From Candidatus Omnitrophota bacterium (GTDB lineage: Bacteria > Omnitrophota > Gorgyraeia > Zapsychrales > JANLHA01), in NCBI GenBank assembly GCA_963662715.1, contig OY759724.1, positions 2,280,001-2,312,000 on the forward strand: a stretch of 32,000 nucleotides of DNA, in the 5' to 3' direction. The notes below the pieces were generated by a model. That model was given only the letters and a program-made list of their open reading frames with translations, did no database searches and had not been told where the DNA came from. Every line of letters begins with the position of its first letter. Position 1 is the stretch's first letter. The position numbers were made by a program, and so were the translations under genes. Shown here one piece after another: positions 26,327-32,000 of the stretch.

Positions 26327-28054
26327 ATGGAACAGACATTAATTGATTTTCGGACTCTTCCTTTTTATCAGGAGCGTCGCTTCATTCCCAAGGATGTGGA
26401 TTTGCAGTCTCCCCAATGCGTGCAGGAAATTTGTCATGCATTGCTGACCCAGGATATTCATTCCCCGGAAGACCTGGAAAAATGGATCCTGGCCCGGTCT
26501 GAATTGGAGGCGGCTTTAGATCAGGAAGCCGCTGTCCTGTATATCCGCATGACATGTTATACGGATCATGAAGATTTCGCGAAAGCCTATAAGAATTTCA
26601 TCGAAAACGTCGCTCCTGTTGTTAAACAGGCACAGCATGATTTGAACGTAAAGGCTTTACAGCAATGGGCTTTGTTCCCTTTTCCTGAACAGGGATATTC
26701 GGTCTATCAGAGGGCTGTCCAGGCGGACGTCGAGATATTCAGGAAAGAAAATATCGCTTTGTCAACCCAGGTTGAATTGCTGTCTCAGGAATATCAGTCG
26801 ATATGCGGGGCGATGACGGTCCACTTTGACGGGGAAGAAATGACCCTCCCGCAGATGAATCGCTATTTGTATGAACCTGACCGTCAGTTGCGGGAGAGGG
26901 CCTGGAAAGCGGTGGCGCAAAGACGTCTGCAGGAGAAAGACCGGTTCAATGATGTGTTCCAGACGATGTTGAAACTGCGGCATCAGAAAGCCCGAAATGC
27001 CGGCTTTAAAAAATTTACGGAATATCAGTTTAAGGCGTATCATCGTTTTGATTATGCCCCGCAGCAATGCAAAGACTATCATTGTATGGTGCAAAAGATT
27101 GTTGTCCCGGTATGGGAGAAAATCCTTCTCCGCCGGAAGAGCCGTATGTCATTGGATTCATTGCGGCCGTGGGACACGGAGGTCGATCCGTATCATCGCC
27201 CGGCATTGAAACCTTTTACAGAGGTGAGTCAATTGTTGGAAGGCGTTGCGCGTATTATGGGCCGGATCCATGATGATTTTAGCCGGGCCTTCCGGATGAT
27301 GATAGAGCAGGGATTGTTGGACCTGTCAAGCCGTAAAGGGAAAGCCCCGGGAGGATATCAACAGACGTTGGCCGAGTCGCGCAAACCTTTTATTTTTATG
27401 AACGCCGTTGGTTTGGATGGGGATGTCTGGACATTGCTTCATGAGGCCGGGCATTCTTTCCATGCCCTGGCATGCGCTCATCATGAATTGTACCCTTACC
27501 GTCATGCCCCTATGGAGTTTTGTGAAGTGGCTTCTATGAGCATGGAATTGTTGGGGGGGACGTACCTGTCAGAGTTTTATAAAGATGCCGATCAGCAACG
27601 GGCCCACCAAAAACACCTGGAAAGCATTGTTTATGTCCTGCTCTGGGTGGCTACGGTCGACGCATTTCAGCATTGGATTTACGAACATCCCGATCATTCG
27701 CCGCAAGAACGGAGTCAAGCCTGGCTCGAAACCCATAACCGTTTCGGAGGGTATCTGCTTGATTGGCAGGGCCTGGAGCCGTTGCGGGAAATTTTATGGC
27801 AGAGGCAGTTGCACATTTTTGAAGTGCCCTTCTACTATATTGAATATGCGATTGCCCAGATTGGGGCTCTGCAGATTTGGCTGAACTTCCGGAAGGATCC
27901 TGCGCGGACTTTACAGGCCTTTCAGTCAGCCCTGGCATTAGGGGGATCGAAGCCGTTGCCGGAACTTTTCCGGGCAGCGGGATTGAACTTTGACTTTACG
28001 TCGGTAACATTGACGCCGCTGATGGAAGAGATAGAACGAGAATTGGACTTGTGA
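26327..28054 (+). CDS. M3 family oligoendopeptidase (PepF-like)
   Basis: HEAGH zinc motif in the expected C-terminal half of a 575-aa protein with no signal peptide. Confidence 0.85.
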   Translation: MEQTLIDFRTLPFYQERRFIPKDVDLQSPQCVQEICHALLTQDIHSPEDLEKWILARSELEAALDQEAAVLYIRMTCYTDHEDFAKAYKNFIENVAPVVKQAQHDLNVKALQQWALFPFPEQGYSVYQRAVQADVEIFRKENIALSTQVELLSQEYQSICGAMTVHFDGEEMTLPQMNRYLYEPDRQLRERAWKAVAQRRLQEKDRFNDVFQTMLKLRHQKARNAGFKKFTEYQFKAYHRFDYAPQQCKDYHCMVQKIVVPVWEKILLRRKSRMSLDSLRPWDTEVDPYHRPALKPFTEVSQLLEGVARIMGRIHDDFSRAFRMMIEQGLLDLSSRKGKAPGGYQQTLAESRKPFIFMNAVGLDGDVWTLLHEAGHSFHALACAHHELYPYRHAPMEFCEVASMSMELLGGTYLSEFYKDADQQRAHQKHLESIVYVLLWVATVDAFQHWIYEHPDHSPQERSQAWLETHNRFGGYLLDWQGLEPLREILWQRQLHIFEVPFYYIEYAIAQIGALQIWLNFRKDPARTLQAFQSALALGGSKPLPELFRAAGLNFDFTSVTLTPLMEEIERELDL

Positions 28055-28086
28055 AGGATTTAGGATAAGAGAGTCTGAATAAAGAC

Positions 28087-28115
28087 TTGTCCATTATATA
28101 AATTGTGGTTAAAAT
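28087..28115 (+). promoter_or_regulatory. Possible promoter: -35 TTGTCC, 17-nt spacer, -10 TAAAAT
   Basis: Hexamers at 28087-28092 and 28110-28115, upstream of the 28164 ORF. The surrounding sequence is AT-rich, so false positives are likely. Confidence 0.3.
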
Positions 28116-28163
28116 ATTAAGAAAAGTCATGGGAGTTGCCTAAAACGAATACGGAGGATTTTA

Positions 28164-28769
28164 ATGAAAAGGATTTTTTTTACAGCTGTGTTTTGTGTGT
28201 TTTTCATTTTAGGTTTAACGGTCTTAATATCCGCGGATGAGTATACGGATCAGAAAATCGCCCAGATAGAAGCCAAGGTTGCGGCTTTAGAGCAGTATAT
28301 GGAAGACCTGGCCCCGCGACTGAACAACTTCTCGAAAGATCTCTATGATACAGTCGATCAGCGGATGAGATTCTCTTCGGATAAGGTTGTTGTTCTGAAC
28401 CCTATTTCCAAAAAGTTTGCCAAGATTGAAACCAATGCGGGCGATTTTTTGATTGCCGTGGAGAACATGACAAAAATTCGCAATGGGTATCGCTTAACAT
28501 TCCGTATCGGTAATCCCAACGCCGCGACGTTCTCGAACATTAAGCTGAAACTTCTTTGGGGGCGCCGGTGGAATCCCAAGAACGTCAAGCCGACGTATGA
28601 AGACTGGCGGAAATCCCTTGTGGGGGCAGAGTATAATTTTAACGGTGCGCTTGCCCCGAACCGCTGGACCCAGGTGAGCGTTGATGCCACTCCCGCGAAT
28701 ATCCGTCAATTTGATCACTTAGAATGTGAGTTGTCTATTGGGGCGGTGGAACTGCTGTCTGATGAATAA
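28164..28769 (+). CDS. Hypothetical secreted 201-aa protein (signal peptide, short coiled-coil, beta-rich C-terminal part)
   Basis: Hydrophobic N-terminus FFTAVFCVFFILGLTVLISA, heptad-like IAQIEAKVAALEQYMEDL, and GGAGGA upstream of the ATG. Confidence 0.5.
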   Translation: MKRIFFTAVFCVFFILGLTVLISADEYTDQKIAQIEAKVAALEQYMEDLAPRLNNFSKDLYDTVDQRMRFSSDKVVVLNPISKKFAKIETNAGDFLIAVENMTKIRNGYRLTFRIGNPNAATFSNIKLKLLWGRRWNPKNVKPTYEDWRKSLVGAEYNFNGALAPNRWTQVSVDATPANIRQFDHLECELSIGAVELLSDE

Positions 28770-28811
28770 TCTTAAAGGCTGCCGGATTTTCCCGGTGTTT
28801 GGGGAAACATT

Positions 28812-29126
28812 ATGACGAAATATGTTCTTGTTTTAATTCTTGCGGGTATCTTGATTCTGACTTGCGGAGCTTCCACGTCATTTGCGAGGGAAATCTTTTT
28901 GGGTTTAGACAGCAATACATACTATGATATTTACATCGGGGGACCCAATGAGAATACCAGTGTTATTAAAAACGTGCAAATCGTCGATATCCGGGAACAT
29001 GAAGACATCACATTTTTGATTATCCGGGCCGCCAGTTTCGGCGGGAAAGGGTCGGAGGGATTGGTCGTCCTTGAAAATATCAAAGCCATTTTGCCATCCC
29101 ATAAATTTATTATGACTCAAGGTTAG
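28812..29126 (+). CDS. Hypothetical secreted 104-aa protein
   Basis: Signal-peptide-like N-terminus YVLVLILAGILILTCGASTSFA. It is co-oriented with the previous ORF and lies 42 nt after it. Confidence 0.4.
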   Translation: MTKYVLVLILAGILILTCGASTSFAREIFLGLDSNTYYDIYIGGPNENTSVIKNVQIVDIREHEDITFLIIRAASFGGKGSEGLVVLENIKAILPSHKFIMTQG

Positions 29127-29140
29127 CTTGCCCATCTTCA

Positions 29141-29704
29141 GTGAAGGATCTGTTCTTGATATTAAAAAACCACCCCAAGGAAAAGATTTTAAAAGCCGGC
29201 CGGTATATCCATTTGCTTGTCCGGGACAGCTGGGAGTATGCCAGACGGATCAACTGCAGCGGCATTGTGGTGATCCTGGCCCAGACAGAGGATGCCCGTG
29301 TTATCTTTACCGAGCAGTACCGGGTTCCTGTCGGGAGGCCTGTCATTGAACTTCCGGCGGGATTGGTCAATGATCGCCCTGGAAAACGACGCGAAAGTTT
29401 TTCTGCCGCGGCCAAGCGTGAGTTATGGGAAGAAACGGGTTACCGGGCCAGAAAGATGGTCAAGCTCGTTGAGGGACCGGTGGCCTCCGGGTCTTCTGCC
29501 GATATGATGGTGTTTTTTAGAGCAGAAGGGTTGCGTAAAACCGGAGAGGGCGGGGGAGATGCTACCGAGCAGATATTTGTTCATGAAATTGCCCGGGATC
29601 AAGTTGAGTCCTGGCTGAGGCAGAAGCGTAAACAGGGGCGTTATATCGATCCCAAAATTTATGCTGGACTTTATTTTCTAAATCCATATAATAATCCCCA
29701 ATAA
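29141..29704 (+). CDS. Nudix hydrolase (ADP-ribose pyrophosphatase-like)
   Basis: Nudix box G..x..AAKRELWEETGY. GTG start with no clear SD, so the start is uncertain. Confidence 0.8.
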   Translation: MKDLFLILKNHPKEKILKAGRYIHLLVRDSWEYARRINCSGIVVILAQTEDARVIFTEQYRVPVGRPVIELPAGLVNDRPGKRRESFSAAAKRELWEETGYRARKMVKLVEGPVASGSSADMMVFFRAEGLRKTGEGGGDATEQIFVHEIARDQVESWLRQKRKQGRYIDPKIYAGLYFLNPYNNPQ

Positions 29705-29747
29705 TTGAAATTTCCATTTAGAATTTCTATAACTTAAGGAGTTGAAG

Positions 29748-30755
29748 ATGGTATCGTACAAAGAATTGGGTTTCGTTAATACGCGGGAGATGTTTCAAAA
29801 GGCCATTGGCGGCCAGTACGCTGTCCCGGCGTATAATTTCAATAATATGGAACAGCTTCAGGCTATCATCACCGCTTGTCTGGAAACCCAGTCTCCGGTT
29901 ATCCTGCAGGTTTCGAGCGGCGCCAGAAAATATGCCGACCAAACGTTGCTGCGATATTTGGGCCAGGGAGCCGTGGCCATGATGAAGGAGCATGCCAAAC
30001 AGAAAGGGTTGAAGGAAATTCCTGTCTCCCTGCACCTTGATCACGGCGATACGTTTGAATTATGTAAATCCTGTATCGAATCGGGATTCTCGTCCGTCAT
30101 GATCGACGGTTCGCATCACCCTTACGATAAAAATGTTGAACTGACAAAACAGGTGGTGGATTATGCTCATCAGTTTGATGTGACGGTGGAGGGAGAACTG
30201 GGTGTGCTGGCGGGCATCGAAGATGATGTCGTGGCTGAAAAATCGACATATACCCAGCCGGAGGAAGTTGAAGATTTTGTTAAAAAGACCGGGGTGGATT
30301 CCTTGGCTATTTCTATCGGCACGTCGCACGGGGCCAATAAATTTAAGCCGGAGCAATGTACAAGAAACGCGGACGGCGTTCTGATTCCCCCTGAACTGCG
30401 TTTTGATATCCTCGAAGAGATCGAAAAACGTATCCCGGGCTTTTCCATCGTTCTTCACGGATCTTCTTCAGTGCCGGTCGAGGCTGTGAAAATTATTAAT
30501 GAAAACGGAGGGGCTTTGAAAGACTCCATCGGCATCCCGGAGGACCAGCTGCGCAAAGCCACAAAATCGGCGGTTTGCAAGGTGAACATTGATTCCGACG
30601 GGAGACTTTGGATGACGGCGGCTGTTCGCAAGCATTTTAATGAGCATCCGGCTGATTTTGACCCGAGGAAATATTTAGGGCCGGCTCGTCAGGCTTTAAT
30701 CGAAATGTATAAACATAAGAATGAGAATGTTCTCGGATCGGCCGGAAAGGCTTGA
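29748..30755 (+). CDS. fba: Class II fructose-bisphosphate aldolase
   Basis: LHLDHG, IGTSHG and VLHGSSS motifs. The start is set at ATG 29748 with AAGGAG upstream; the track TTG 29742 lies inside the SD. Confidence 0.9.
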   Translation: MVSYKELGFVNTREMFQKAIGGQYAVPAYNFNNMEQLQAIITACLETQSPVILQVSSGARKYADQTLLRYLGQGAVAMMKEHAKQKGLKEIPVSLHLDHGDTFELCKSCIESGFSSVMIDGSHHPYDKNVELTKQVVDYAHQFDVTVEGELGVLAGIEDDVVAEKSTYTQPEEVEDFVKKTGVDSLAISIGTSHGANKFKPEQCTRNADGVLIPPELRFDILEEIEKRIPGFSIVLHGSSSVPVEAVKIINENGGALKDSIGIPEDQLRKATKSAVCKVNIDSDGRLWMTAAVRKHFNEHPADFDPRKYLGPARQALIEMYKHKNENVLGSAGKA

Positions 30756-30836
30756 TCCCGGAACGGTTTCGTTCGGAGTCATAAAAAGGACTTCTGCGGT
30801 CAGGAATGACGGTGAGTCCATATGAGGAGACATATC

Positions 30837-31787
30837 ATGTACCGGGAACAGATTAAAGTATTGGATTGCACGATTCGTGACGGAGGGTTGATTAATAATC
30901 ATCAGTTTGATGAACGGTTTGTCCGTGCGGTTTTTCAGGCCGTATCATCCGCAGGCGTCGATTACATGGAGATCGGCTACAAAAATTCTCCGGAATTGTT
31001 TTCTCCTCAGGAATATGGCCTATGGAAATTCTGTGATGACGATGCGATCCGCCGCATCGTCGAGGGGACAGAAACTCAGACAAAACTTTCCGTCATGGTC
31101 GATGTCGGACGGGTGAACCTCGATGACGTGAAACCTAAGGACGAGAGCCCGTTAGACATGATCCGGGTCGCCTCTTATGTCAAGGATATTGATAAAGCCA
31201 TCTTGATGGTGAATCATTTCCATGATAAAGGTTATGAAACGACAATCAATATCATGGCGATTTCCCGTGACCAGGGCACGGAACTGGAGGAGGCGCTTCA
31301 CCAAATCGAAAGCGAGAGTAAGGCGGCCGTCGTCTATATCGTTGACAGTTACGGCAACCTTTATCAGGAAACCGTGGAATATCTCGTGAAATTGTTTAGA
31401 GGGATCCTGAAAACGAAAGAAGTCGGGTATCACGGGCATAATCATCAGCAGCTGGCTTTCGGCAACACGATTGAGGCTATTATTCATGATGCGAATTATC
31501 TTGACGCCACGGTTTACGGTATCGGACGGGCGGCGGGCAACTGTCCTCTGGAGCTTTTGATCGGTTTCCTGAAAAATCCTAAATTTGATCTGCGCCCTGT
31601 TCTTGATTTGATCTCCCGGGAATTTATCCCTCTCCGGGAAAAAATCGAATGGGGATACATCATCCCTTATGCCATCGCCGGAATGTTAAATGAACATCCC
31701 CGGGCAGCCATGGCCCTTCGTAAGAGCGAGAAAAAAGAAGACTATCGCGAATTTTACGAAAGTCTCGTCAACACAGAACTCGAATAA
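30837..31787 (+). CDS. DRE-TIM metallolyase / HMGL-like aldolase family protein (pyruvate carboxyltransferase domain)
   Basis: VLDCTIRDGG near the N-terminus and the HGHNH metal motif. The start is set at ATG 30837, 7 nt after the GAGGAGA at 30823-30829. Confidence 0.7.
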   Translation: MYREQIKVLDCTIRDGGLINNHQFDERFVRAVFQAVSSAGVDYMEIGYKNSPELFSPQEYGLWKFCDDDAIRRIVEGTETQTKLSVMVDVGRVNLDDVKPKDESPLDMIRVASYVKDIDKAILMVNHFHDKGYETTINIMAISRDQGTELEEALHQIESESKAAVVYIVDSYGNLYQETVEYLVKLFRGILKTKEVGYHGHNHQQLAFGNTIEAIIHDANYLDATVYGIGRAAGNCPLELLIGFLKNPKFDLRPVLDLISREFIPLREKIEWGYIIPYAIAGMLNEHPRAAMALRKSEKKEDYREFYESLVNTELE

Positions 31788-31791
31788 ATTT

Positions 31792-32000
31792 ATGGATATT
31801 CAGCAATTTCAGCGACTCCCGGTCATGGGGATTTTGCGGGGCGTACGGAAGGACATCCTTTCGTCATTAACCGAGACCGTGATCAGGGCGGGATTGAAGA
31901 CCGTTGAAATCACGATGAATACCCCGTCTGCCGGGGATTTGATCCGGAGCATGACCGATATCTCCGGGGGACGACTTGCGGTCGGAGCCGGAACGGTTTT
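31792..32000 (+). CDS. eda: KDPG / 4-hydroxy-2-oxoglutarate aldolase (Eda family), N-terminal part; continues past the window
   Basis: My translation is MDIQQFQRLPVMGILRGV...GLKTVEITMNTPSAGDLI...LAVGAGTV, which fits the Eda pattern (ILRG, EIT.NTP, GAGTV). Confidence 0.7.
   Translation, partial: MDIQQFQRLPVMGILRGVRKDILSSLTETVIRAGLKTVEITMNTPSAGDLIRSMTDISGGRLAVGAGTV

Noticed and set aside
1-32000. A search for CRISPR repeats, tRNA/rRNA/tmRNA/SRP signatures, transposase or integrase genes, and known defence-system gene types
   Set aside because: Nothing of the sort was recognisable by eye in the ORF translations or the intergenic regions. The window reads as core chromosome apart from the items listed as findings.

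Overview
The window is a gene-dense chromosomal segment from a bacterium I cannot place taxonomically. It carries about 34 protein genes, and all but three are on the + strand. Most of it is recognisable housekeeping. Gene order is: polA (3' part, runs off the left edge)-coaE-rho-rpmE-prfA-prmC-murA-trpG-trpD-trpC-trpF; then a FIST sensor gene and a 76-aa partner on the minus strand; a GT-C type membrane glycosyltransferase; a 545-bp non-coding gap; a tightly coupled run of Zn-ribbon ORF, M20 peptidase, DUF3108-like, PD40 beta-propeller and a 178-aa helical ORF, leading into trpB-trpA-M16 peptidase; a small unlisted ORF, rsfS-argS-recJ; rpmB (minus strand); pepF; two small secreted ORFs; and Nudix-fba-DRE-TIM aldolase-eda (runs off the right edge). 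I saw no rRNA, tRNA, CRISPR array, transposase, integrase or long repeat. The feature the genes do not explain is in the 14038-14582 gap. There, an extended -10 promoter, a roughly 180-nt RNA closed by a perfect 12-bp helix, and a textbook intrinsic terminator together look like an independent structured RNA gene. I could not match it by eye to any RNA family I know. Secondary points are listed below.
- The trp operon is split and has no trpE in the window.
- The FIST protein has no output domain and is paired with a 76-aa ORF.
- The translationally coupled Zn-ribbon/M20/DUF3108/PD40 block has no obvious shared function.
- A strongly signalled 57-aa ORF falls below the ORF-track cutoff.
All protein calls rest on motifs read by eye from the translations. 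No database search was run.
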